A stretch of 64,000 bases of DNA from Vulcanimicrobiota bacterium (GCA_963733295.1 CAVTCS010000003.1:2848001-2912000), one strand, 5' to 3'. Positions 1 to 9,062 are shown, counted from the first letter of the stretch. A program made the numbers and translations. Notes: generated by a model from the letters alone, not told the origin.

Positions 1-1799
1 GACGCACCGTACCCGCCGGTGCGTTCCATGTAGACGGCCAGTGCGAATTTCGGATGAGTCGCCGGTGCGTAGGCGACGAACCACGTCGTGTTCGGGCCCT
101 TGCCGCCGTCGGTTTCGACCGTTCCGGTCTTTCCGCCGTAGGGAAGGCCGGGCACGTCCTCGCCGTACGCCGTGCCGCCGGCCGAGGTGACCAGGTCCAT
201 GCCGGCGCGAACTTCGGCCAGCGAGTCGGGCGTGACCGGGACGTGGCGCACGATCTGCGGAGTGGCCTGCAGGACGATCTTGCCCGAAGTGTCGCGGATG
301 AGTTGCACCAAGTGCGGCCGGTAGAGGGTTCCTCCGTTGACCACGGTTGCCGCGATGCTGGCCATTTGGAGCGGCGTCGCCTGCATCGCGCCCTGACCGA
401 TCGCGAGCTGACACACGTCGCTCGGCTCGAGCGGCAAGCCGTAAACCTTCCGCGACCACGCGTCGGTCGGCCAGTTCCCGGGGTATTCTCCCGGGATGTC
501 GATCCCCAGAGTCTTCCCGAGCCCGTACTGCAGTGCGTAGTAACGCAGCCGCGTATGACCGAGCCGGTCGCCGAGCTGGTAGAAATAGCCATCGCTCGAG
601 GCCGCGATCGCGCGCTTGAAGTCGGTGCTGCCGAGACCTCCCGCGGCGATGTCGACGTACGTGACCCCGTGACAGTACCACGAGCCTGAATCATACAGGA
701 CTTGATCTTTGCCGATCACGCCCGACGAAAGCGCCGCGCTACCCGTCACCATCTTGAAGGTCGAACCGGTCGCGGTCGCCGCTCCGATGGCGCGGTCGAA
801 AAGCGGTTGAAGCGGATCCTTGATGTAGCGCTCGTAGGTCGAGGCGCGAATCCCGTTCGTGAAGTCGTTGGGATCGACGTTCGGATACGAGGCGAGCGCC
901 AGCACGCCGCCGGTCTGCGGATCGATCGCGACGACCGCGCCCGCGACGTTGTGCCCGCGCGCCTTGCCGACCGCCGCGAGCTGATCGGAGAGCGCGGTCT
1001 CGGCCAGCTGCTGCAAGCGCCAGTCCAGCGTCAGGACCAAGCTGTCGCCCGGAACGGGCTCGTCCGGCCCGAGGCGGCGCACCATCTGGCCTTGCGCGTT
1101 GACCTCGATACGCTCGCCGCCCGGCTTTCCGCGCAGCCACGAATCGTACGACCGTTCCAGCCCGTCTTTGCCCACCACGTCGTTGGGCGTGTAGCCCTGG
1201 TTTTTGCGCTGCTTGTACTCGTCTTCGGTAATGATGCCGACGTAGCCGAAGATGTGCGAGCCCATCCGCCGGTAGGGATAGTCGCGCACCGGTTGCGCTT
1301 CCAAGTCGATGCCGGGAAGTTCGTCCTGCGATTCGGCCAAACGCGCCATCTGCGCGTTGGAAAGTTCGGTCGCGAGGATGACCGGTCCGTACGGTTCGTT
1401 GACCGCGAGTTCGTCGAAGTTCTTATAGTCGACGCCGCGATGGTGCAGCAAGCGTTTCCAAAGAACCGCTTCGGGCATTCCGAGAACCTGCGAGAGCGCG
1501 CCGATCGTCGCTTCGGGATTCTTGACGTCGGACGGAATCATCGCGCACACGTACGACGGCCGGCTTCTCACGAGCAAGACGCCGTTGCGATCGTAGATGC
1601 GTCCGCGCGGCGCGGCGACCGGTATGTGCCGGACTTGATTGGCGCGGGCCGCCGCCGCATAGTGCGTCCCCTCGACGACTTGAACTTGCGTCAGACGCGC
1701 GAGTAGTCCGAGCAAGCCGAAAAGCAGCAACGCGACGAACGCGACGATCTTCCAAAGACCGGGCATCGGCGTGGGCCGCGCTTCCGAGGCGAGATTCAC
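1..1799 (-). CDS. mrdA: Penicillin-binding protein 2 (class B PBP), 3' end runs off the window
   Basis: Not in the ORF track; translated by hand from GTG 1799 (GTGA overlap with mreD stop): N-terminal TM, APRGRIYDRNG, RDYPY, VGKDGLE, GSTFK (SxxK), SSDGYFY, GKTGT; follows mreBCD. Confidence 0.95.
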   Translation of the reverse strand, partial: MNLASEARPTPMPGLWKIVAFVALLLFGLLGLLARLTQVQVVEGTHYAAAARANQVRHIPVAAPRGRIYDRNGVLLVRSRPSYVCAMIPSDVKNPEATIGALSQVLGMPEAVLWKRLLHHRGVDYKNFDELAVNEPYGPVILATELSNAQMARLAESQDELPGIDLEAQPVRDYPYRRMGSHIFGYVGIITEDEYKQRKNQGYTPNDVVGKDGLERSYDSWLRGKPGGERIEVNAQGQMVRRLGPDEPVPGDSLVLTLDWRLQQLAETALSDQLAAVGKARGHNVAGAVVAIDPQTGGVLALASYPNVDPNDFTNGIRASTYERYIKDPLQPLFDRAIGAATATGSTFKMVTGSAALSSGVIGKDQVLYDSGSWYCHGVTYVDIAAGGLGSTDFKRAIAASSDGYFYQLGDRLGHTRLRYYALQYGLGKTLGIDIPGEYPGNWPTDAWSRKVYGLPLEPSDVCQLAIGQGAMQATPLQMASIAATVVNGGTLYRPHLVQLIRDTSGKIVLQATPQIVRHVPVTPDSLAEVRAGMDLVTSAGGTAYGEDVPGLPYGGKTGTVETDGGKGPNTTWFVAYAPATHPKFALAVYMERTGGYGA

Positions 1800-2335
1800 G
1801 CGCGGCGGGAGCTCCGTTGAACGACCGCGAGCAGAATGCCGGTCAAGAGCGCAGCGTACAGGCTCTGCCAGAGCACGGCGTGCAGATGTGCGGCCGCCAG
1901 CTGCGGCGCGCGTCCGCCGAGCTGTTCGAAGACGGCGAACAAAGCGTAGCGTACGAGAACCGCGGCGGCCGCACCGGCCACGAGCCAAAAGTTCGACTCC
2001 GCGATCTGCGTTCCGCGCAATCGTCCGGCCAGCGCTCCGATCGCGCCGGTCGCAAAGGTCCAGGCCGGCGCGCCGTTCCAGGCCAGCGCGTCTTCGCACG
2101 CGCCGGCGAGCAAGCCAAACGCGAAACCGCGCAAGCTCCCCGAGCGCACGGCGAACCAGCCTACCAGGAGCAGCACGAGCGGCGGCGCCGCGCCGCGCAG
2201 CGACAGGTACGGCGCGAGCGTCGATTGGGCCAGCAGCGCGCAAGCGAGGAGCAGGGCGACGACGTGCGATGCGGGTTCGCCCGAGGCGTACGAGGGGACG
2301 CCGGACCCAAGCGAGGTGAGGTTACGGACGCGCAA
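1796..2335 (-). CDS. mreD: Rod shape-determining protein MreD
   Basis: Hydrophobic ~179 aa protein (GFAFGLLAGACED) between mreC and pbp2. Confidence 0.85.
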   Translation of the reverse strand: MRVRNLTSLGSGVPSYASGEPASHVVALLLACALLAQSTLAPYLSLRGAAPPLVLLLVGWFAVRSGSLRGFAFGLLAGACEDALAWNGAPAWTFATGAIGALAGRLRGTQIAESNFWLVAGAAAAVLVRYALFAVFEQLGGRAPQLAAAHLHAVLWQSLYAALLTGILLAVVQRSSRRA

Positions 2336-3140
2336 GGACCAGGACCGCGTGCAGGCGTCCGAAGGCCACCGCCGGCTCGACCAAGGCGTTTTGGTAGAGC
2401 GCGCCCTCGACGCGATCCAAACGCGCGATTCGTCCGATGGCGACGCCGGCGCCGAACGAGCGTCCGGCTCCGGTGACGACCTCGTCGCCGACCTTTAGCG
2501 GCGCGTCCTGCGAGACGTAGCGCAGCTCGATGCGCGAGTCGGTTCCGACCGCGATGCCCCACCAGCGGCCGCGCGACACCACCGCCGGAATCTTGCTGGA
2601 GGAATCGGTCGCCAGCAAAACTTTACTACTAAAGGGTTCGACTTCGACGACGCGGCCGACCACGCCGTCGGCGGCGACGACGCCGCTCTCCACTTTGACG
2701 CCGGCGAACGCACCGCGATTGAGGCTCACGATGCGGTTTTGATTCTCGGGGTCGTAGCCGACGGTCGAAGCCGCGATGCTCCCGGGGGCCCGCACCGCCG
2801 CGGCGGCCAGCGCCGCGCCGTCGGGCACACCGTCGAGCGCGGCCTGCAGGCGCAAGTTTTCGGCGCGTAAGGCCGCGTCGTCGCTGCGCAAGCGAGCGTT
2901 CTCACGGTACAGCCGCGGTGCGTCGGCGACCGCGCCGCCAAACGAACGGATGCCGTCAGTCGTCGCGGCGACTGCGGTCTGAAACGCGAGCGCTGCGGAG
3001 GTGACGCCTACGGTGATCGGGCTCGGACGTCCGGCGCGGGCGAATTCTAGTTGGATGAGAGCAATCGAAGCGGCGACGATGACCGCACCGATTAGGGCGA
3101 ATAGCTTTCTCTCATGCCGATACGTAAAGATTGATACCAC
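2322..3140 (-). CDS. mreC: Rod shape-determining protein MreC (true start may be ATC at 3131)
   Basis: N-terminal TM, coiled coil (LYRENARL), GVVGRV, VGDEVVTG motifs; between mreB and mreD. Confidence 0.92.
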   Translation of the reverse strand: MVSIFTYRHERKLFALIGAVIVAASIALIQLEFARAGRPSPITVGVTSAALAFQTAVAATTDGIRSFGGAVADAPRLYRENARLRSDDAALRAENLRLQAALDGVPDGAALAAAAVRAPGSIAASTVGYDPENQNRIVSLNRGAFAGVKVESGVVAADGVVGRVVEVEPFSSKVLLATDSSSKIPAVVSRGRWWGIAVGTDSRIELRYVSQDAPLKVGDEVVTGAGRSFGAGVAIGRIARLDRVEGALYQNALVEPAVAFGRLHAVLVLARP

Positions 3141-4183
3141 CTCGTCAGCCGGTCCGCGTGGGGCCGCAGACGTTCGTGCAGGGTCGGCGATCCGAGGATC
3201 TCACCGGCGCCGCGGGCGACGCAGGTGAGCGGGTCTGGGGCAACGGTCGTGGGTACGTGCGAGCGGCTACCGATTTCTGCGGCGAGTCCATCGATCAACG
3301 CGCCGCCACCGGTGAGCGTGATGCCCCCTTCGATCAGATCGGCTGCGACGTCGGGTCGAACCGACTCGAGAACCGACACGACCGCGCGGACGATGCGCTC
3401 GACGCCCTCGCGCATCGCTTCGCCGACGAGTTCCTCACTCACTTCACGCGCTCGCGGCGAAGCTGCGTTCAAATCGCTTCCGCAGACCGTCAGGGGCGCT
3501 CGCCCGGGCGCGCGTCCGGCATAACCGAGCTCCATCTTCAGCCGCTCGGCGGTGGCCAGACCGATGACGAAGCGCTGGGTTCGCATGCGGTGCCGAATCG
3601 CGTGGTCGAAAAAGTCGCCGCCGGTTTGAATCGAGCTGAGACGAACGACGCCCGAAAGCGCGAGGATCGCGATCTCGGTCGTCCCGCCGCCGATGTCGAC
3701 GATCATTTGCGACGTCAGGCCGGTGATGTCGAGTCCCGCTCCGACGGCGGCGGCGACCGCCTGCGGCACGTAGGTCGTATAGCGCGCGCCGGCGGCGCGA
3801 ACGGCCTGCTCTACGGCCTTGCACTCGATGTCGGTCGCGCAGCCGGGCACGCAGGCGATGAGACGCGGCGCGACGCGAGTGCGGGTCGCAAGCGCTCGGT
3901 CGACGAGCCGTTCGACCAAGGTTTGCGCCGCGTGAAAATCGGAGATCGTTCCGCGGCAGAGCGGGCGAACGATCCGGATGCGACGCGGTGCCCGGCCCTC
4001 CATCTCTTTTGCGCTCTGGCCGATCGCGACGATCTGCTCGGTCAGTACGTCGTAAGCGACGACCGACGGCTCGCTCACGATCACGCCGGCGCCCCGCTCG
4101 TAGACGACGGTGTTGGCCGTGCCGAGATCGAGTCCGATGTCCGGACTTACCGTCGCGCGGAGGCTGCCGGCCCAGGCGTTCAC
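3092..4183 (-). CDS. mreB: Rod shape-determining protein MreB (divergent)
   Basis: DLGTANT, EPSVVA, VDIGGGTTE, LTGGGAL, DPLTCVARG actin-fold motifs; operon position. Confidence 0.9.
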   Translation of the reverse strand: MNAWAGSLRATVSPDIGLDLGTANTVVYERGAGVIVSEPSVVAYDVLTEQIVAIGQSAKEMEGRAPRRIRIVRPLCRGTISDFHAAQTLVERLVDRALATRTRVAPRLIACVPGCATDIECKAVEQAVRAAGARYTTYVPQAVAAAVGAGLDITGLTSQMIVDIGGGTTEIAILALSGVVRLSSIQTGGDFFDHAIRHRMRTQRFVIGLATAERLKMELGYAGRAPGRAPLTVCGSDLNAASPRAREVSEELVGEAMREGVERIVRAVVSVLESVRPDVAADLIEGGITLTGGGALIDGLAAEIGSRSHVPTTVAPDPLTCVARGAGEILGSPTLHERLRPHADRLTRWYQSLRIGMRESYSP

Positions 4184-4788
4184 GGCGCGGCCGCGATTTC
4201 AGCCGGTCCGAGGCGATAGCCGAGTTCGGGAAGCGAGCGGACGAACTCGCCCAGCGGGAAGCCCATCACCGTGTAAAAGTCACCTTCGATGCGCTCGATC
4301 AGCGCCGCGCCCCGGCCTTGAATGCCGTATCCGCCGGCCTTGTCGAGCGGCTCGCCGGTCGCCACGTATTCCTCGATCTCGGCGCGCCCGAGTCGCGCGA
4401 ACCAAACCTGAGTCGTCAGCGCTCGTTCGAGCCGCCGCCCGGTCCCGCCGTCGATCGCGCAAAAAGCGGTGTGGACGGCATGCTGGCGGCCGGACAAGCG
4501 TTGTAGCATCGCGGCGGCTTCCGCCGCATCGGCCGGCTTTCCCAGCGTGAGCCCGTCGACGTCGACGACTGTGTCGGCGGCCACGATCAGCTCTTCCCTT
4601 TGCCGGCGCGCGACCGCTTCGGCTTTGGCCGAAGCGTGAAAGCGTGCCAACTCGAGAGGTCCATAGCCCGGGCGATCCCCTTCTTCGACGTCGCTTGGAA
4701 CCACGAGCACGCGGAGTCCGAGGGAAGATAGAAGTTCGCGCCGCCTAGGGGAAACGCTCGCAAGCACTATCGTGTGGAGTTCGCGCAT
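4180..4788 (-). CDS. maf: Maf-family nucleoside triphosphate pyrophosphatase
   Basis: IVLASVSPRRRELL, AADTVV, LGKP, DKAGGYGIQG; ATG at 4788 chosen over the longer ORF start. Confidence 0.93.
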   Translation of the reverse strand: MRELHTIVLASVSPRRRELLSSLGLRVLVVPSDVEEGDRPGYGPLELARFHASAKAEAVARRQREELIVAADTVVDVDGLTLGKPADAAEAAAMLQRLSGRQHAVHTAFCAIDGGTGRRLERALTTQVWFARLGRAEIEEYVATGEPLDKAGGYGIQGRGAALIERIEGDFYTVMGFPLGEFVRSLPELGYRLGPAEIAAAP

Positions 4789-4802
4789 CCGCACTCGTGA
4801 AA

Positions 4803-4850
4803 TCAGTACATTCAGTATAGAGAAGGCATCGGCGCTTTGTATAGCGCCGA
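4803..4850 (-). promoter_or_regulatory. Putative internal promoter/operator for maf-mreBCD
   Basis: AT-rich gap; minus-strand TATACT (-10-like, 4814-4819), TACTGA direct repeat, 8-bp inverted repeat TCGGCGCT-N6-AGCGCCGA at 4829-4850. Confidence 0.4.
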
Positions 4851-4888
4851 ACGATATTTTGTGCGCTTGCGCGCTAGACGAGCCATCC

Positions 4889-5311
4889 CTATGAGTACAT
4901 CCGGTTGCCGACGCGCACGTATCCGCCGGCATGGCGGCCGCGCGGGTCGCGGTGCGTGTAGTGGATCAAGCCTCCGCGCGGGTCGTAGATGTATTCGCCG
5001 CGCACCTCGACGTCGTCGCCGGCGCGAATCGGGATCGGACCGGTGAGGTCGACGTTGTCCTCGACCCGGACGGTCAGGCCGCGCCCGTCGGCACCCCGCA
5101 GATGGAGCAAAAACCCCGTGTGGACGCCGCTTGGCCCGCGGCGCGTTCCGAGCACCTTGGCGACGCTGCCGCTGGCGGTCACCTCGACGTTGGAACGCTG
5201 CTGGGCCCAGGATTGATAGACCTCGGCGTTGCCGGTGCCTCCCGCACCCGGCGGCGCGCAGCCGGCCAGCGCCGCGACGAGCGCGAAGAGGGCGGCGGCT
5301 CTACGGCGCAT
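4889..5311 (-). CDS. DUF3465-like OB-fold lipoprotein
   Basis: Lipobox LAGC; RVEDNVDL, GDDVEVRGEYIY, GGLIHYTHRDP..H.GGY motifs typical of DUF3465. Confidence 0.75.
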   Translation of the reverse strand: MRRRAAALFALVAALAGCAPPGAGGTGNAEVYQSWAQQRSNVEVTASGSVAKVLGTRRGPSGVHTGFLLHLRGADGRGLTVRVEDNVDLTGPIPIRAGDDVEVRGEYIYDPRGGLIHYTHRDPRGRHAGGYVRVGNRMYS

Positions 5312-6569
5312 CGGCGGGGTCCAAGTCGTCGCGCATCAGGTCGTCCGGGATTTCGCGGCGCACGACGGCCGCATGCCGGTTCGCTCCGGCAAAGACGACG
5401 GCGGGGCGCGGAAAGCGGTTGTAGTTGCTCGCCATGCTGTAAGTGTAAGCGCCGGTCGTGCGGAGTGCGATGAGATCCCCGTCGCGCAAGTCGCCCGGCA
5501 ACTCGGCCGTCGTCAGTTCGTCGTTTTCGCACGAGCGTCCGGCGAAGGTGAACGTTTCGGGCGGCGCGGCGGAGGTTCGACTCGCGAGCAGCGGCCGGTG
5601 GTAAGCGCCGTACAGGGCCGGACGCGGGTTGTCGGCCAGGCTTCCGTCGACGATTGCGAAGCGCCGCTCGCCGCGACGTTTCACCGCGAGCACGCGGTAG
5701 AGACTGGTCCCGGCCTGCGCGACGATCGCGCGGCCGGGTTCGATTCCGAGACGCGGCGCGGGAATGCCGCGCGCCTGCGACTCCGCCCGCAACCGGCTCG
5801 TCAACGCGCGCAAGGTCGCCGCCGCATCGAGCGTTTCGCCCTCCAAGCCGTCGTCGACGCCGAAGCCACCGCCCAGGATGATCTCGCCGAGCGTCGCTCC
5901 GGCAACGCGAGCCGCGCCGTAGACGTCCAGCAAAAGAGACAGCGCTTCGAGATACGTTTCGCTTTCGAGAATCTGCGAGCCGAGATGCGCGTGCAGCCCA
6001 ACGAGGCGCAGCCCCGCTATCTCGCCGGCGCGCCGCAGCGCGGCCGCGACTTCGTCCGGTACGAATCCGAACTTCGAATCCTCGCCCGAAGTGCGGACGA
6101 ACGCGTGCGTGTGCGCCTCGATGCCGGGATTGATGCGCAGCAGCACGGCGAGCGGCGCGTCCGCGCGCGCGAAGCGGGCCAGCCTTTCGAGTTCTTCGCG
6201 ATTGTCGATGACCAAACGCCCGGCGCGGCCGGAAGTCGCCGCCGCGAGTTCCTCGTCCGTCTTACCGCAACCGTGCATGACGATGCGCGCGGCCGGAAAG
6301 CCGGCGCGTTCGGCGGTGAGCAACTCGCCCAGCGAACACACGTCGAGCGCGAGCGGCGTTGCCGCCAACCGCCGCGCCAGAGCGACGATCAAGAGGGCTT
6401 TACCGGCGTAAGCGACGTCGATGCCGAGTTCGGCGCCGAGCGCGGCGAAGCGCGCGACGGCCGTGTCGAGAACGCCGGTGTCGATCACGACGAGCGGCGT
6501 GCCGTAGGTGCGCGCGAGCTCTTCGGCCGCGACGCCGCCGAACGTCGCGCCGGCGTGGTTAGTCTGCAT
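5301..6569 (-). CDS. lysA: Diaminopimelate decarboxylase
   Basis: YGTPL, YAGKA (PLP Lys), HAHLGSQI, EPGRAIV, GRSCE, GAYTYSMASNYN. Confidence 0.96.
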   Translation of the reverse strand: MQTNHAGATFGGVAAEELARTYGTPLVVIDTGVLDTAVARFAALGAELGIDVAYAGKALLIVALARRLAATPLALDVCSLGELLTAERAGFPAARIVMHGCGKTDEELAAATSGRAGRLVIDNREELERLARFARADAPLAVLLRINPGIEAHTHAFVRTSGEDSKFGFVPDEVAAALRRAGEIAGLRLVGLHAHLGSQILESETYLEALSLLLDVYGAARVAGATLGEIILGGGFGVDDGLEGETLDAAATLRALTSRLRAESQARGIPAPRLGIEPGRAIVAQAGTSLYRVLAVKRRGERRFAIVDGSLADNPRPALYGAYHRPLLASRTSAAPPETFTFAGRSCENDELTTAELPGDLRDGDLIALRTTGAYTYSMASNYNRFPRPAVVFAGANRHAAVVRREIPDDLMRDDLDPADAP

Positions 6570-7179
6570 GCAACGGATCGAGCGAACGGTACAGCCCGCG
6601 CTCCTCGATGTAGCGATACACGAATTCGGGAACGAGGTAGCGGATGCTGCCGCCGCGCGCGAGTTGCGTGCGCACGAGCGTTGCCGAGCCGTTCAGTGCG
6701 GGCAGGTCGAGAAAGCGCATCTTGCTGCGCTCCTGCGGCGCGAGCGAGGCGAGCAGCTTTTCCACCCGCTCGGGGGCTCGCTCCGCGCGCGGTGCGATCG
6801 CGAATGCGTCGAGGTTGGCGAGAACTTCGCCAAAGCGCTGCCAGGGCGAGTCGACGAGCGAGTCGCCGCCCACGATGAACGTCAATTCGTCGCCTGAAAA
6901 CTTTGCGCGCAAGCGCGGCATCAGATCCGCGCTATACCCGGTCCCTTCGGGATCGAGATCGGTTTCGTCGATCGAGAAGTGCGGATTCGGCGCCAGCGCT
7001 CCGCGCAGCATCGCCAGTCGTTCCTCGACCGAAGCGATCGGCCCCGGGCGATAGTGGGCGCCGCGCGTCGGCAGAAACACGATCCGCTCCAAACCGAGCT
7101 CCACGCGCGAAGCTTCCGCCACGAACAAGTGCGCGTTGTGAACGGGATCGAAGGTTCCGCCGAAGAGCCCGAGTTTCAC
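6559..7179 (-). CDS. nadD: Nicotinate-nucleotide adenylyltransferase
   Basis: GLFGGTFDPVHNAH, FIVGGDS, SATLVR; downstream of obg. Confidence 0.93.
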   Translation of the reverse strand: MKLGLFGGTFDPVHNAHLFVAEASRVELGLERIVFLPTRGAHYRPGPIASVEERLAMLRGALAPNPHFSIDETDLDPEGTGYSADLMPRLRAKFSGDELTFIVGGDSLVDSPWQRFGEVLANLDAFAIAPRAERAPERVEKLLASLAPQERSKMRFLDLPALNGSATLVRTQLARGGSIRYLVPEFVYRYIEERGLYRSLDPLHAD

Positions 7180-8441
7180 GAATAGTCGAACTCGTGTCCG
7201 GCGATGCGCACCGTGTCACCTTCGTGCGCGCCGAGTTCGCGCAGGCGCTTGTCGACTCCCATCTTGGCGAGGATCGCTTCGAACCGTCCGAGCCCTTCGT
7301 CGCTTTCGAAATCGGTCATCGCGGCGAGCCGCTCGATGCGTTCGCCGCTGACCACGAACGCGCCGTCGGGATCGATTGCGATCGCAAACGGATCGCCCGG
7401 CGTCAGCACGAAGCGCGGCGGCTCGACTTCGGCGACCGGCTGCGGCGGCGCGTTCGCAATCGCGCGATACGCCTCGAACAGAAGCTCGCGTACGCCCTCG
7501 CCCGTCGCCGCCGAAATCGCGCGCAATCCCGGGATGCGATCTTTCAGTTCGGCGAAGCCCGCGCGCGCATCGGGCAGATCGAGCTTCGAAATCACCGGAA
7601 GCGTGGGGCGCTCCGCGAGCAGCGGATTCCACGAGCGCAGCTCGTTTTCGATCACCGCTTTGTCGGCCAAAATCTCGTCCACCGGCCGCGCGCCGTCCAT
7701 GAGGTGAATGAGGACGCGGGTTCGTTCGACGTGCCGTAAGAAGCGGTCGCCCAGTCCCGATCCGGCGTGCGCTCCCTCGATCAATCCCGGCACGTCGACC
7801 ATCACGAAGGACTCTTCGGGGCCGAGCCGCACGACGCCGAGTTGCGGCTCGAGGGTCGTGAAGGGATAGTCGGCGATCTTCGGGCGCGCCGCCGACGACG
7901 CGGCGAGCAGCGTCGACTTCCCCGCGTTCGGCAACCCGATGACGCCGCAGTCGGCGAGCAGCTTGAGTTCGAGCCGCAGCGTGAAGTGCTCGGCGGGCTC
8001 ACCCTTCTCCGCAAAGCGGGGCGCTTGGCGCGTGCTCGTCGCAAAGTGCTGGTTGCCCAGCCCTCCGCGGCCGCCTTTGGCGGCGCGCAGCGACTGCCCG
8101 GGCGCGCTCAAGTCGGCCTGCAGCCATTCCCGTCCGTCGTCCTCGACCCGGTAGACCAGCGTTCCGGCCGGGACCGGGACGATCAGGTTGTCGGCGCTGC
8201 GGCCCGACTTGTTGGAGGTCGAGCCCGCCTTGCCGGCCTCCGCCGCGAAGTGCTTCTTGAAGCGAAACTCGATCAGCGTGCCGAGTTCGGCGCTCGCCTC
8301 GAGCACCACGTCGCCGCCTCGTCCGCCGTCCCCGCCGGCCGGGCCGCCTTTGGGCACGTACTTTTCCCGGCGCCAGGCGACGATACCGTCGCCGCCCCGG
8401 CCGCCCGCGACCGTGATCGTCGCTTCGTCTATGAACTGCAA
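7176..8441 (-). CDS. obgE: GTPase Obg/CgtA with C-terminal DUF1967-type domain
   Basis: Gly-rich Obg fold, GLPNAGKST, YPFTT, DVPG; C-terminal GDTVRI..EF. Confidence 0.97.
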   Translation of the reverse strand: MQFIDEATITVAGGRGGDGIVAWRREKYVPKGGPAGGDGGRGGDVVLEASAELGTLIEFRFKKHFAAEAGKAGSTSNKSGRSADNLIVPVPAGTLVYRVEDDGREWLQADLSAPGQSLRAAKGGRGGLGNQHFATSTRQAPRFAEKGEPAEHFTLRLELKLLADCGVIGLPNAGKSTLLAASSAARPKIADYPFTTLEPQLGVVRLGPEESFVMVDVPGLIEGAHAGSGLGDRFLRHVERTRVLIHLMDGARPVDEILADKAVIENELRSWNPLLAERPTLPVISKLDLPDARAGFAELKDRIPGLRAISAATGEGVRELLFEAYRAIANAPPQPVAEVEPPRFVLTPGDPFAIAIDPDGAFVVSGERIERLAAMTDFESDEGLGRFEAILAKMGVDKRLRELGAHEGDTVRIAGHEFDYS

Positions 8442-8465
8442 AACGAAAAGAGCCCGAAGGCTCTT
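8439..8465 (-). terminator. Intrinsic terminator-like hairpin between rpmA and obgE
   Basis: Minus strand AAGAGCC-TTCG-GGCTCTT followed by TTCGTTTTG, which contains the obgE TTG start. Confidence 0.65.
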
Positions 8466-8492
8466 GGCTTACCCCTCGGCGCCAGCAGCGTG

Positions 8493-8768
8493 CTAGGTCC
8501 CCAGGACGTTGACGTGCTTGCGCTTCCGCTTCTCGCTGAAGTGGACGCGCCCAGCGACGAGAGCGAACAACGTATTGTCCTTGCCCATGCCCACGCCATC
8601 GCCGGGATGAATCTTCGTACCCCGTTGACGCACCAGGATATTACCGGCCAGCACGTTCTCGCCACCGAAACGCTTGATCCCAAGGCGCTGGGCGTTGGAG
8701 TCGCGTCCGTTACGGGTCGAGCCGCCGCCCTTCTTGGAGGCGAATAGCTGGAGGTCGAAGGTGAACAT
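8493..8768 (-). CDS. rpmA: 50S ribosomal protein L27 with N-terminal extension
   Basis: [42 protein letters not shown] at 8768. Confidence 0.97.
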   Translation of the reverse strand: MFTFDLQLFASKKGGGSTRNGRDSNAQRLGIKRFGGENVLAGNILVRQRGTKIHPGDGVGMGKDNTLFALVAGRVHFSEKRKRKHVNVLGT

Positions 8769-8778
8769 AGCGGCCCCT

Positions 8779-8808
8779 ACTATACCAGGCCGACCGGGGA
8801 GGACGCAA
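8779..8808 (-). promoter_or_regulatory. Sigma70-type promoter of rpmA
   Basis: TTGCGT-N18-TATAGT with extended -10 TG; only 10 nt between -10 and ATG. Confidence 0.6.
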
Positions 8809-8972
8809 CCCAAAGGGTTCCCTCGAACCTCTGCGATAGACTCAGTGCGGCTTTTTGGCGGTTTAAGAGGCCGTCCCGTTTCGCGCGAGCCCATTTGCGC
8901 GGCGGTCCGACGGCGCGTGCCGCCCCTGCGAGCGCGCTACGACGCGGATGCACGAGTAATAAGGAGAAGAGA

Positions 8973-9062
8973 GTGTCTCGACCCGCAAATAGAGTGACAG
9001 TCGCTGAAATTGCGCTGCAATTCAGCGCTCTGTGCTCCTTGCGGTGCAGGTCGGGACGCTAA
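8973..9062 (+). CDS. Putative 29-aa leader peptide (MSRPANRVTVAEIALQFSALCSLRCRSGR) upstream of fabF
   Basis: AAGGAG at 8961-8966, 6 nt before GTG; stop 7 nt before fabF TTG; coincides with long stem-loop. Confidence 0.35.
   Translation: MSRPANRVTVAEIALQFSALCSLRCRSGR

Noticed and set aside
54..1706. Plus-strand ORFs 54-689 and 702-1706
   Set aside because: Antisense shadows of mrdA, which the ORF track missed because it runs off the window
8975..9057. Hairpin as SRP RNA or 6S RNA
   Set aside because: Lacks the SRP helix-8 motif, is too short for 6S, and a convincing 6S is at 49027-49212
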